From: Acaryochloris thomasi RCC1774
Lineage (GTDB): Bacteria; Cyanobacteriota; Cyanobacteriia; Thermosynechococcales; Thermosynechococcaceae
Assembly (NCBI RefSeq): GCF_003231495.1
Contig: NZ_PQWO01000019.1
Coordinates: forward strand, 30,001-62,000
Reading direction: 5' to 3'
Length of the DNA: 32,000 bases
Shown: positions 1 through 8,908 of the stretch, one piece after another
Layout of the letters: each line of letters opens with the position of its first letter
Position numbering within the stretch: position 1 is the first letter of the stretch
Notes under the pieces: model-generated
What the model was told of the DNA's origin: nothing
Databases searched by the model: none
The model's input: the letters and a program-made list of their open reading frames with translations, nothing else
Program-made: the position numbers and the translations under genes

Positions 1-221
1 AAGAGACAGAGAATGTCGGGAACTTGCTGCTTGACTTAGCTGAGAGCCATTCCATTATTGTGATTGAGCATGATATGGAGTTTGTGCGCCAGATTGCCCG
101 CCAGCAGGTCACGGTTCTCCATCAGGGTAGCGTGCTGTGCGAAGGCAAGATGAGCGACGTTCAAAACGATCCCCGCGTCATTGAGGTTTACCTGGGCGAA
201 GCACCTTCAATGGATGAATGA
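1..221 (+). CDS. urtD: urea ABC transporter ATP-binding protein UrtD, C-terminal fragment (5' part lies left of the window)
   Basis: The frame is open from the window edge. The C-terminus ...IIVIEHDMEFVRQIA...VQNDPRVIEVYLGE matches the UrtD/LivG-type ABC ATPase tail. Its TGA overlaps the next ATG (ATGA at 218-221), and the next gene is UrtE-like. Confidence 0.75.
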   Translation, partial: ETENVGNLLLDLAESHSIIVIEHDMEFVRQIARQQVTVLHQGSVLCEGKMSDVQNDPRVIEVYLGEAPSMDE

Positions 222-985
222 TGAATAGTACCTCTCCTAAAGCTGAACACGCCATGCAAATGCCTAATGACCTAGAGACCCCACCGATGCTCGGCATTTC
301 TGGCCTCAACTTTTATTACGGTGAAAGTCACATTCTGCGAGGGATTGACATGACCGTTGCGCCGGGGAAAATGGTTTGCCTAATCGGACGCAATGGCGTC
401 GGCAAAACCACGCTGCTCAAAAATATTCTCGGCTTACTTAAACCCAGAACCGGCACTCTAACAATGGACGGGAATCCTATGACCCGGAAGACCCCAGACC
501 AGCGGGCCAGAATGGGCGTTGGCTATGTTCCTCAAGGACGGGAGATTATCCCTGGGTTGACGGTAAAAGAAAATCTGATTCTGGGCCTAGAGGCACGCCC
601 CAACAAAAGAGGCAAGGCCAAAATCCCTGATCTGGTCTTCGAGCTTTTCCCGGTTTTGAACACCATGCTAGAGCGGATGGGAGGAGATTTAAGCGGAGGG
701 CAGCAGCAGCAGCTTGCGATCGCACGTGCCTTGGTCGGTGAACCCAGGCTTTTAGTCCTAGATGAACCCACCGAAGGCATTCAACCCTCGATTATTTTAG
801 AGATCGAAGCCGCAGTGCGACAGATTATCGAAACCACCGGTATTTCTGTACTCCTAGTGGAGCAGCACCTTCATTTCGTCCGGCAGGCAGATTGGTACTA
901 CGCCATGCAAAAAGGCGGCATTGTCGCCTCTGGTCCCACAGATGAACTCAGCAACGAAGTTATCCAAGAATTTTTAGCCGTCTAG
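218..985 (+). CDS. urtE: urea ABC transporter ATP-binding protein UrtE
   Basis: Walker A GRNGVGKTT, ABC signature LSGGQQQQLAIARAL (the QQQQ form typical of UrtE) and Walker B LLVLDEP are present. The ATG at 218 overlaps the urtD stop. UrtE-like N-termini usually begin at the equivalent of MLGISGLNFYYG (ATG 287), so the true start may be 287. Confidence 0.85.
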   Translation: MMNSTSPKAEHAMQMPNDLETPPMLGISGLNFYYGESHILRGIDMTVAPGKMVCLIGRNGVGKTTLLKNILGLLKPRTGTLTMDGNPMTRKTPDQRARMGVGYVPQGREIIPGLTVKENLILGLEARPNKRGKAKIPDLVFELFPVLNTMLERMGGDLSGGQQQQLAIARALVGEPRLLVLDEPTEGIQPSIILEIEAAVRQIIETTGISVLLVEQHLHFVRQADWYYAMQKGGIVASGPTDELSNEVIQEFLAV

Positions 986-1056
986 GTTGCTTTGTTGCGA
1001 TCGCAAACACTTGCCCCATTGTCAGAAAAATATCTTACCTCTCTAGACACCACCGT

Positions 1057-1272
1057 ATGCCAGAAACCTCAAGTCATCCAACAAACTCTTCAGCCACCTT
1101 CGAAGTCAAAGCTTACGTCACTCAGACCGCAAAACTGCTGGGCCTTTCTATTCCTCCTGAACAGATGGGAAGCGTAGTCGAAAACTTCGAAAGCATCCAA
1201 ACTATCGCCCAACCAGTGCTGGATTTTCCATTACCTGACACTCTAGAAGCGGCCCCCACCTTCGAGCCATAA
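1057..1272 (+). CDS. small AtzG-like (DUF4089-type, GatC-like) protein, putative partner subunit of the downstream amidase
   Basis: A 71-aa ORF with an ATG start. Its C-terminal pattern ...AQPVLDFPLPDTLEAAPTFEP resembles, from memory, the conserved tail of AtzG-like/DUF4089 proteins. Its TAA overlaps the amidase ATG (TAATG at 1270-1274). Confidence 0.55.
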   Translation: MPETSSHPTNSSATFEVKAYVTQTAKLLGLSIPPEQMGSVVENFESIQTIAQPVLDFPLPDTLEAAPTFEP

Positions 1273-2645
1273 TGCACACGGCAGCCGAGATCGTTCAGAA
1301 AATTCATCAGGGGGAGACGACAGCCCAAACTATCGTGCAGGCCACCCTAACGCGCATCTCGCAGCAGGATGAGCACCGGAACTGCTTTACAACCGTCTTG
1401 AACTCATCGGCATTGGAAGCGTCAGCCGAGATTGACCGCAAGATTGCCGCAGGTGAAACCGTTGGCCCCTTAGCGGGCGTTCCCTTCGCGGTCAAAAATC
1501 TCTTTGATATTGCCGGAACGGTCACGCTAGCCGGTTCAAAAATCAATCAGGATCACCCTCCAGCAAAGCAGGATGCCACCGCCATTGCGCGTCTCAAAGC
1601 AGCAGGGGCGATTCTGATCGGGGCACTCAACATGGATGAGTATGCCTACGGCTTTGTCACTATCAATCACCACTATGGGGTGACGCCCAACCCCCACGCT
1701 CCGTCTCGAATTTCCGGCGGATCATCCGGCGGGTCTGCGGCATCAGTAGCTGCAGGGTTAGTCCCTCTAGCGCTGGGGTCAGATACGAACGGCTCCATTC
1801 GGGTGCCGGCCTCTTTGTGCGGGGTCTATGGTTTTAAGCCCACCTATGGACGTCTCTCGCGGGCAGGGGCTTTTCTATTTTCCAGCAGCCTGGATCATAT
1901 TGGTCCCTTCGCGCAAACCGTACAGGATATAGCAACCACATTTGAGGTGCTACAAGGCCCAGATCACAGAGATCCGATCTGCACACACCGTCCTGCCATC
2001 TCTCCCAATTTGTCAGGAGACATAGAAGGGATGAAAGTTGCGATCGCAACCGACCATTTTGCCCACGGCATGACAACCACAGTTGCCCAAGCCCTAGAGA
2101 AGGTTGCCACGGCCATAGGTGCGATAGAGACCGTAACTCTGCCAGAATCGGCGCGCGCTCGTGCTGCGGCGTACTTGATTACCGCTAGCGAGGGGAGTCA
2201 GCTTCATTTGGCCCGGTTACAGACTCGTCTACAGAATTTTGATCCGGCAACTTGCGATCGCTTCCTCGCAGGCGCAATGATTCCCAGCAGTTGGTATATT
2301 CAGGCCCAGAGATTTCGCCGTTGGTACCGAGATCAAGTCAGAGAAATCTTCAGCACAGTAGACCTGATTTTAGCGCCCACCACACCGTGCCCTGCACCAC
2401 GAATTGACCAAACCACAATGGAGCTAGAGGGTAAAGTAGTCCTCATCCGTCCACACCTGGGATTTTACACTCAACCCCTCTCGTTCATTGGCTTGCCCGT
2501 CCTTTCCGTTCCAGTTTATTTGCCAGGAGAACGACCAGTCGGCATTCAGCTTATTGCCCGCCCCCACGACGAAGCGACAATTTTCAATGCCGCTGCAGCT
2601 CTGGAGCAGAAGGGCATTGTGCAAGCCAACATTGTGCCATCCTAA
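1272..2645 (+). CDS. amidase-signature family amidohydrolase, AtzE-like / GatA-related
   Basis: 457 aa. The Lys / cis-Ser / Ser triad contexts are present (PFAVKNLFD, GGSSGGSAAS, DTNGSIRVPA). The length and the coupled small upstream ORF match the AtzE/AtzG arrangement. Confidence 0.85.
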   Translation: MHTAAEIVQKIHQGETTAQTIVQATLTRISQQDEHRNCFTTVLNSSALEASAEIDRKIAAGETVGPLAGVPFAVKNLFDIAGTVTLAGSKINQDHPPAKQDATAIARLKAAGAILIGALNMDEYAYGFVTINHHYGVTPNPHAPSRISGGSSGGSAASVAAGLVPLALGSDTNGSIRVPASLCGVYGFKPTYGRLSRAGAFLFSSSLDHIGPFAQTVQDIATTFEVLQGPDHRDPICTHRPAISPNLSGDIEGMKVAIATDHFAHGMTTTVAQALEKVATAIGAIETVTLPESARARAAAYLITASEGSQLHLARLQTRLQNFDPATCDRFLAGAMIPSSWYIQAQRFRRWYRDQVREIFSTVDLILAPTTPCPAPRIDQTTMELEGKVVLIRPHLGFYTQPLSFIGLPVLSVPVYLPGERPVGIQLIARPHDEATIFNAAAALEQKGIVQANIVPS

Positions 2646-2797
2646 GCTTCAATTAAGTTATGTAAATAGAAAAACCGAGATGTCAGATCCTCAACGCTAG
2701 CGGGCAGCTTAGAGTGCAACCTAGGTCGAAATGAGTGAATAAATCATATCTACCCATTTTCCCCTAGACTCTCTGCCGTCCTATCTTTCGTTCAATC

Positions 2798-3145
2798 ATG
2801 GCTCGATACACTTGTTGCTTAACGGTTGCTGTAGCCCTTGAGAATCTCTACCAGAACCTGACCGATATGCTCAGAGGCTGCAATCTTGAAATTCTGTTCT
2901 CCCAAGGAAACTGCGTTCTGGCTCGAGAGAAACCGGGCCAAGTTCCTTTCGAGCATCTAGTGACCGTGGAAGTTCTCGTTGACCAAACCCGCTCTAAGAA
3001 AGAAGCGACTGATTTTGATCTAGTGGTCAAGAACGGTGAACTACCGCTTCAGAGTAGTAACCACTGCAGCCAAATCTATCAGCGGATCTTGAAAGATAGT
3101 GCCGCATATCAGGGGTGGCAATTCATCACCACCGTGGCAAAGTAG
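2798..3145 (+). CDS. hypothetical protein (115 aa), no recognised motif
   Basis: A clean ATG-initiated ORF in an otherwise empty interval. The antisense ORF at 2848-3030 looks like a shadow. No family assignment is possible from the sequence alone. Confidence 0.45.
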   Translation: MARYTCCLTVAVALENLYQNLTDMLRGCNLEILFSQGNCVLAREKPGQVPFEHLVTVEVLVDQTRSKKEATDFDLVVKNGELPLQSSNHCSQIYQRILKDSAAYQGWQFITTVAK

Positions 3146-3372
3146 TTTCTCAAGCCCAATATCTCCCTGATGCAGCTTCAGTCTTAAATCCAAAAGCATG
3201 CTCATCTTGGATGATTATGAAAACGCTCAAACCCTTGAGGGAAATACTTTTCAAGAAAAATCACGAATATCTCAATTTCCTCTGTTGCTGCGCCTAAAGT
3301 TGTGGCACTGAACAACACAATCAAAGTCAATGGATCATAATTCACTGCAAATGCTATAGTCATATACGCTAT

Positions 3373-3446
3373 GGCGAGCGTAGCCAAGTGGTTAAGGCAG
3401 TGGATTGTGGTTCCACCATTCGGGGGTTCGATTCCCCTCGTTCGCC
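3373..3446 (+). tRNA. tRNA-His (anticodon GTG) with genome-encoded G-1 and no encoded CCA
   Basis: Manual cloverleaf. G-1 is at 3373. The acceptor GCGAGCG pairs with CGTTCGC (one G-U pair). The D arm is GCCA...AGGC. The anticodon stem is GTGGA/TCCAC with loop TTGTGGT, placing GTG at positions 34-36. The T arm is GGGGG-TTCGATT-CCCCT. The discriminator C73 is at 3446 and can pair with G-1. It is followed by CTT, not CCA. Confidence 0.9.
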
Positions 3447-3565
3447 CTTATTTAAAAGGCAGTAGCGTATACTACCTAACAGAAAGTGAGGCTTTCTTGA
3501 GCGCCGGTTGTTTGGGGTTTATTTGCCCAAGGCCCGGTACTTTTTGTTCGTGAACCCCTAGGCCG

Positions 3566-4546
3566 ATGACTGATTCAAAGCGTAAACTGCAGCTACTGGA
3601 TTTTGAGAAGCCTTTAGCTGAGCTCGAATCCCGAATTGAACAGATTCGAACCCTTGCCGAAAACAACGATGTCGATGTTTCTGAGCAAATCCAGCAGCTA
3701 GAAGCCCGTGCCACCCAGCTCCGGCAGGAAATATTTAGCAGCTTGACACCCATGCAAGAGCTGCAGCTCGCGCGTCATCCTCGCCGTCCCAGCACCCTAG
3801 ACTACATTCAGGCGATTACCGACGAATGGATAGAACTGCACGGCGATCGCCAGGGTACAGATGACCCCGCAGTCGTCGGCGGTGTCGGCAAGCTCGCCGG
3901 TCAACCCGTTCTGATTGTAGGCCACCAAAAAGGCAGAGACACCAAGGATAACGTCGCTCGGAACTTCGGCATGGCTTCTCCGGGAGGGTACCGCAAAGCC
4001 CTTCGCCTCATGGATCATGCCAACCGATTTAATCTACCCATTCTGACCTTCATTGACACTCCAGCAGCCTGGGCGGGACTTGAGGCCGAACAATATGGGC
4101 AAGGCGAGGCGATCGCCCGCAATCTGCGAGAAATGTTTCAATTTGATGTGCCAATCATCTGTACCGTGATCGGAGAAGGTGGCTCTGGTGGAGCCTTAGG
4201 GATTGGGGTCGGAGACCGCCTAGCTATGTTTGAGCACTCTATTTATAGCGTTGCCCCACCAGAAGCCTGTGCGGCCATTCTTTGGCGCGATGCCCAGAAA
4301 GGCCCAAAGGCAGCAGACGCCCTCAAAATCACCGCAAAGGACCTACTCAGCTTGGGTCTGATGGATCAAATCTTGCCCGAACCTATGGGAGGAGCCCACA
4401 GCAACCCCATAGAAGCAGCCCAAACCCTCAAGCAATCACTCCTTTCAACTCTTGATGAGCTATGGCGGCTCTCGGGCCAGGAACGGCGCGATTTGAGGTA
4501 CGATAAATTCCGTCGAATGGGGATCTTCACACAAATTGCGGCCTAG
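3566..4546 (+). CDS. accA: acetyl-CoA carboxylase carboxyltransferase subunit alpha
   Basis: 326 aa. The full-length sequence has AccA character ([11 protein letters not shown]...[13 protein letters not shown]...[10 protein letters not shown]...[10 protein letters not shown]). Confidence 0.95.
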   Translation: MTDSKRKLQLLDFEKPLAELESRIEQIRTLAENNDVDVSEQIQQLEARATQLRQEIFSSLTPMQELQLARHPRRPSTLDYIQAITDEWIELHGDRQGTDDPAVVGGVGKLAGQPVLIVGHQKGRDTKDNVARNFGMASPGGYRKALRLMDHANRFNLPILTFIDTPAAWAGLEAEQYGQGEAIARNLREMFQFDVPIICTVIGEGGSGGALGIGVGDRLAMFEHSIYSVAPPEACAAILWRDAQKGPKAADALKITAKDLLSLGLMDQILPEPMGGAHSNPIEAAQTLKQSLLSTLDELWRLSGQERRDLRYDKFRRMGIFTQIAA

Positions 4547-4778
4547 AGTGCCTCTGCATAGATCTAAATGCGGTGGTAAAATGCATAAATGACATATTTG
4601 TTTACAAAGCAAGTGCCTTTCAGTGAAAGCTTTAGCAGATATGGCAGCTAATGGGTTTGAGCGATGGATCTGTGCCTATTTGTCACTCATCCGAGGTACA
4701 CCGCCCAGCCCCCCGTCAGCAACTCTCTCCTACGCTCGCGGATGCTATCATCCCCAACCTAAAATCTTTAAACGATAA

Positions 4779-5492
4779 ATGACCTCCCAAAATCAACAGC
4801 GCGTCCTCATAACAGGGGCAAGCAGCGGTATTGGCCGTGCGACAGCCCTTGCCTTTGCCAAGACCGGTGCAAACCTTGCTTTAGTGAGCCGCTCCAACGA
4901 TGCCCTCACCACCTTGGCGCAAGAAGCACAGTCTCTGGGAGTAGAAGCAAAAGCCTACTGTATTGATCTGGCCTGTATTGAACAGGTTGCCGAGAAAATC
5001 ACAGAGGTTGGTGCTGTTGATGTCTTGGTCAACAATGCCGGCATAGGCTACACTGCAGAGCTATCTGAGACACCGTTATCTGAATGGCAATCGGTTTTGG
5101 ACCTTAATCTAACCAGTCCATTGCAGTGTATTCAGGCAGTGCTACCTAGCATGAGAGCCAAGGGTAGAGGAAGCATCGTTAATGTGGTTTCTATTGGAGG
5201 GCGTCAAGTCTTTAGTCAGTGGGGAGCCTACTGCACCAGTAAGTTTGGGCTAATGGCCTTAACAAAGACATTGGCTCTTGAGGAACGGTCCCATGGGATT
5301 CGGGTAATGGCTATTTGTCCGGGAGCCGTGAATACATCTTTATGGGATAGTCCTGACGTTGACGCTGATTTTGAGCGCTCGGCCATGCTGTCCTCAGAGG
5401 ATGTTGCTCAAGCGATTGTCAGCGCCGTCCAATTGCCACAACACGCTGTCATTGAAGAGCTGGTCCTCATGCCTAATGTAGGGACGTTCTAG
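4779..5492 (+). CDS. SDR family NAD(P)-dependent oxidoreductase
   Basis: TGASSGIGRATA cofactor motif, NNAG, and the catalytic S...YCTSK pattern. 237 aa. Confidence 0.9.
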   Translation: MTSQNQQRVLITGASSGIGRATALAFAKTGANLALVSRSNDALTTLAQEAQSLGVEAKAYCIDLACIEQVAEKITEVGAVDVLVNNAGIGYTAELSETPLSEWQSVLDLNLTSPLQCIQAVLPSMRAKGRGSIVNVVSIGGRQVFSQWGAYCTSKFGLMALTKTLALEERSHGIRVMAICPGAVNTSLWDSPDVDADFERSAMLSSEDVAQAIVSAVQLPQHAVIEELVLMPNVGTF

Positions 5493-5549
5493 TTCTAGAT
5501 CTTCTCGGCAGCGAAACTGTATTTTTTATCTATTGTTACTGGATTCATT

Positions 5550-6245
5550 ATGACGACTGCTTCTTCCGAGTTCTCCAACAGTCCAACTCAATCTGAGAAT
5601 GGTAACTCATCATCGGTCACCCCCCGCCCAGACCGCAGCCTCTCACAAAAGGTTAAAGAGAATGGACATACAGACGTATCTGATGAAGAGATGAGACAGG
5701 CTGTTGATACGATTCTCAGGGGCGTTGGAGAAGATCCAGAGAGAGAAGGTCTCCTTAAGACCCCTAAGCGGGTCTCAAAGGCGATGCAGTTTCTCACCAG
5801 TGGCTACAATCAATCCCTTGAACAGCTCGTCAATGGCGCGATTTTCGATGAAGGCCATGACGAAATGGTTTTAGTGCGTGACATTGATGCCTTCAGCCTC
5901 TGTGAGCATCATATGCTGCCGTTCATTGGCAAAGCACATGTGGCTTATATTCCTAACCAGAAAGTCATTGGTTTGAGCAAGTTGGCTCGCGTTGTAGAGA
6001 TGTACTCCCGTCGTCTTCAGGTGCAGGAGCGCCTCACGCGCCAAATCGCTGAAGCCGTACAGATGGTCTTAGAACCTCAGGGTGTGGCCGTTGTTATGGA
6101 AGCCAGCCATATGTGTATGGTGATGCGCGGCGTCCAGAAGCCTGGTTCCTGGACGGTCACTAGCTCAATGCTGGGCGTTTTCAAGGACGATCAAAAAACG
6201 CGGGAAGAATTTCTCAACCTTATTCGTCATCGACAAAACTTCTAA
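5550..6245 (+). CDS. folE: GTP cyclohydrolase I (FolE type)
   Basis: Contains the CEHHMLPF zinc/active-site motif, the [15 protein letters not shown] motif and the HMCMVMRGV motif. 231 aa. Confidence 0.95.
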   Translation: MTTASSEFSNSPTQSENGNSSSVTPRPDRSLSQKVKENGHTDVSDEEMRQAVDTILRGVGEDPEREGLLKTPKRVSKAMQFLTSGYNQSLEQLVNGAIFDEGHDEMVLVRDIDAFSLCEHHMLPFIGKAHVAYIPNQKVIGLSKLARVVEMYSRRLQVQERLTRQIAEAVQMVLEPQGVAVVMEASHMCMVMRGVQKPGSWTVTSSMLGVFKDDQKTREEFLNLIRHRQNF

Positions 6246-6387
6246 GAAGAGCAGTCGCATTTGTTGAACTGCCCTAAATTTAAGGCACCCTGCTACTAGG
6301 AATGCATGAAGCTTTGCATTTCGACGTTTAAGTTTGTCTTAGAGCTTGGCACTAAGCTGAAAACAGCCTTGCGTTATCAGCCTCCGA

Positions 6388-7257
6388 TTAAGGGAGTTGC
6401 GCTTGTAAAGTCTCACGCATTACATCAATCGGTGCCGGTTGTCCCAACCAAATTTCTAGAGCTGCAGCGCCCTGCTGTACTAGCATTTCTAAGCCACTAA
6501 TGGTGTGACAGCCTAAAGCCTCAGCATCCTGAAGGAACTGAGTTGGGTTCGGTGTATAGATCAGGTCATATGCGATCGCATCTCCTGAAAGCTGCTTTAG
6601 CTGGTCCATCGTCAGCGGCGACTGATGGCGCTGTGGATGCATTCCCACCGGCGTTGTATTGACAAGCAGTGTCGTCTCAGGCATCAAACCTGACAGGGAG
6701 TCCCAGAGATGGGTGTGGATGGCAACGGAGGCATGAGCAAAATCGGCTTGGAGCTGTTCTAGCTTTGCAGCATTCCTGCCGCAGACGTGAATATGAGCGC
6801 AGTTGAGCTGGTGACAGGCTGCAATGACGGCCCTCGCAGCTCCCCCGCTCCCTAAGACCGTTACAGCACTCTGGGACCAATCGCGAGAAAGCGACAACAA
6901 AGGAGATAGAAATCCTTGAACGTCAGTGTTGGTTCCAGCCCAGCCTTGTTCTGTGCGCCAGACTGTATTCACCGCCCCTACAGCCTTTGCGGTCGCAGAA
7001 ACATCACACAGCAAAGGGATAATCGCTTGCTTATGGGGAATCGTAATGTTGAACCCTCGACAGCCCACGCAGGCTAACCCCTGAATCGCCTGCTTCAAGT
7101 CAGTTGGCTCTATATGCATCGGCACATAGATATAAGGCAGACTAGTGTCTGCCAATGCCGCCAGAGCAGCATTGTGCATAACTGGGGAGAGTGAATGCTC
7201 AATGGGGCAACCAATCACCCCCAGTAGTTGCGTCGATCCGGTGACAACTGCAGTCAT
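6388..7257 (-). CDS. aroE: shikimate dehydrogenase
   Basis: 289 aa. N-terminal LGVIGCPIEHSLSPVMHNAA, NITIPHK, GTNTD and the GSGGAARA Rossmann motif. It starts 29 bp downstream of glnB on the same strand. Confidence 0.9.
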   Translation of the reverse strand: MTAVVTGSTQLLGVIGCPIEHSLSPVMHNAALAALADTSLPYIYVPMHIEPTDLKQAIQGLACVGCRGFNITIPHKQAIIPLLCDVSATAKAVGAVNTVWRTEQGWAGTNTDVQGFLSPLLSLSRDWSQSAVTVLGSGGAARAVIAACHQLNCAHIHVCGRNAAKLEQLQADFAHASVAIHTHLWDSLSGLMPETTLLVNTTPVGMHPQRHQSPLTMDQLKQLSGDAIAYDLIYTPNPTQFLQDAEALGCHTISGLEMLVQQGAAALEIWLGQPAPIDVMRETLQAQLP

Positions 7258-7286
7258 TTCAGCCGTTGGCCTGCATCTCGCAGACC

Positions 7287-7628
<342 letters not shown>

Positions 7629-7700
7629 CTATCTCCAGTTCAGTACAGCTTTTCATTATCGTATACAACTGTTTCTATCACTGTCTTTTGGTCAGAACTT

Positions 7701-7714
7701 GTAGCAAATCGTAC
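7701..7714 (-). promoter_or_regulatory. candidate NtcA binding site GTA-N8-TAC upstream of glnB
   Basis: GTAGCAAATCGTAC is a perfect GTAN8TAC palindrome centred about 82 nt upstream of the glnB start. It is the only GTAN8TAC I found in any intergenic region of the window. The -10 element is ambiguous: ATAGAA/TAGAAA lies about 22-23 nt downstream, and TACGAT/GATAAT lies further downstream. Confidence 0.5.
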
Positions 7715-7773
7715 ATTTTGAGACCTGAGCCTCCCACTAATCAACATATATCAATTTTTTCAGGGAAAATATA

Positions 7774-7818
7774 AGCACAAAAAATCGGTGGAGCAGCATT
7801 GCGCCACTCCACCGATTT
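7774..7818 (-). terminator. rho-independent terminator of the BI-1 family gene
   Basis: A perfect 12-bp stem (AAATCGGTGGAG at 7782-7793 pairs with CTCCACCGATTT at 7807-7818) with a 13-nt loop. On the minus strand the stem runs into TTTTTTGTGCTT. Confidence 0.7.
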
Positions 7819-7842
7819 CTTTAAGTCACTATGGCTTAAGCA

Positions 7843-8571
7843 CTAGTCACGACCATTAATGGCAATTAACAGGCGCAGGATAAAGATAAACAGGTTGATG
7901 TACGTAAGGTACATAGACATTGCAGCCGGTAGGTACTGCTCGTCTGTATAGGTACGAGGCAGGACGTAAAAATCAACCACTGCAGCTCCAACAAATAGAA
8001 CCACACCAATACCGGAAATAGCAATCTCAAGCCAACCAGGTGTATAGACTCCGAAGGCAGCACAGAGAAGCTGGGCAACCATCACGACAACAAGGGCGAT
8101 GACGCCGAGCCGAATCGTCTTGCTCAGAGCGAACCCATCTTCATCAGATAGATTAGAACCTACTGAACGAGCCATGATGAAGGTTGCACCACAGGACAAA
8201 GCAGCAATCCCCATTCCCATCAGACCTACGCCGGGAGTCCGAAGCGCTAGGCTGACAATACCGGCTAGGGTGTAGCCCGAGAGTAGCCCATAGGTTGCCA
8301 GCATCGGGAGCGCGGTGGAGTTATTTCCCTTGGCCGCAACGTTTTGAGCAACGAAGAATAAGGCAATCTCAGCAATGAAGGCAACCCAAAAGGTTCCCAT
8401 AAATAGATCGGGGCGTGTCTGAATGACGCCTAGGCCACCCCAGGTACCGACGGCGGTTAAAACCAACCCGCCCCCAACAAAGGGAAGCGCGTTTTTAATC
8501 ACGTTAGGGCCGACTAGAGCGCCCTGCTTGGCCTCGCGTATGGCTTCACGGAAATTACTTGTGTTACTCAC
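7843..8571 (-). CDS. Bax inhibitor-1/YccA family membrane protein
   Basis: 242 aa with about 7 hydrophobic helices and the short polar N-terminus typical of the BI-1/YccA family. GTG start with a GAGGA 7 nt upstream. Confidence 0.7.
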   Translation of the reverse strand: MSNTSNFREAIREAKQGALVGPNVIKNALPFVGGGLVLTAVGTWGGLGVIQTRPDLFMGTFWVAFIAEIALFFVAQNVAAKGNNSTALPMLATYGLLSGYTLAGIVSLALRTPGVGLMGMGIAALSCGATFIMARSVGSNLSDEDGFALSKTIRLGVIALVVVMVAQLLCAAFGVYTPGWLEIAISGIGVVLFVGAAVVDFYVLPRTYTDEQYLPAAMSMYLTYINLFIFILRLLIAINGRD

Positions 8572-8908
8572 GGATTTCCTCTTTGTTTATAAACGCATTA
8601 AATTCTACTACTGATATTTTGCCTTATGTCTCTTCTTAATGCCTCGATCACAAGGTAGAGATGCCCGATCCGAGCCAAGCGTTCTCTTGCTGCTTAACGT
8701 TGTTTTAATCCTGAAACCTTTTCTCTCAGAGAGTTTGGGGTAAGTAAGTGCAAATTGTAAAGCCTATCTGTGTGTATTTACGTACGTGTTAACGCTGAAG
8801 TTAAAAGAGAGCCGATTTAGAAAGTCCAGTGTTTTAACGATGGTCCCGCTTAAGCCATTTCTCGATAATGAATTGTCATAGGGCGTTATCAACATTCGGC
8901 AAAACAAC

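Noticed and set aside
3202-3553. Track ORFs 3202-3387 (-) and 3371-3553 (+), 60-61 aa each
   Set aside because: Both overlap the well-folded tRNA-His gene (3373-3446) and have no recognisable features. I treat them as spurious. A shorter 53-aa version starting at 3363 avoids the tRNA but remains unsupported.
4617-4629. Perfect 6-1-6 palindrome CTTTCAgTGAAAG upstream of the SDR gene
   Set aside because: Several 6-bp-arm palindromes are expected by chance in a window of this size. The loop is too small for a hairpin, and I know of no matching operator consensus.
4641-4778. A 45-aa ORF (MAANGFERWICAYLSLIRGTPPSPPSATLSYARGCYHPQPKIFKR) whose TAA directly abuts the SDR ATG
   Set aside because: It has no Shine-Dalgarno sequence, a Pro/Ser-rich low-complexity sequence and nothing to support coding. 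The adjacency is curious but insufficient.
6301-6320. Hairpin AATGCA-N8-TGCATT between the convergent folE and aroE genes, as a possible terminator
   Set aside because: It has only a 6-bp AT-rich stem and no U-tract on either strand. That is too weak to call.
6306-6500. A 64-aa plus-strand ORF overlapping the aroE 3' end
   Set aside because: It overlaps a well-supported gene on the opposite strand and has no features of its own.
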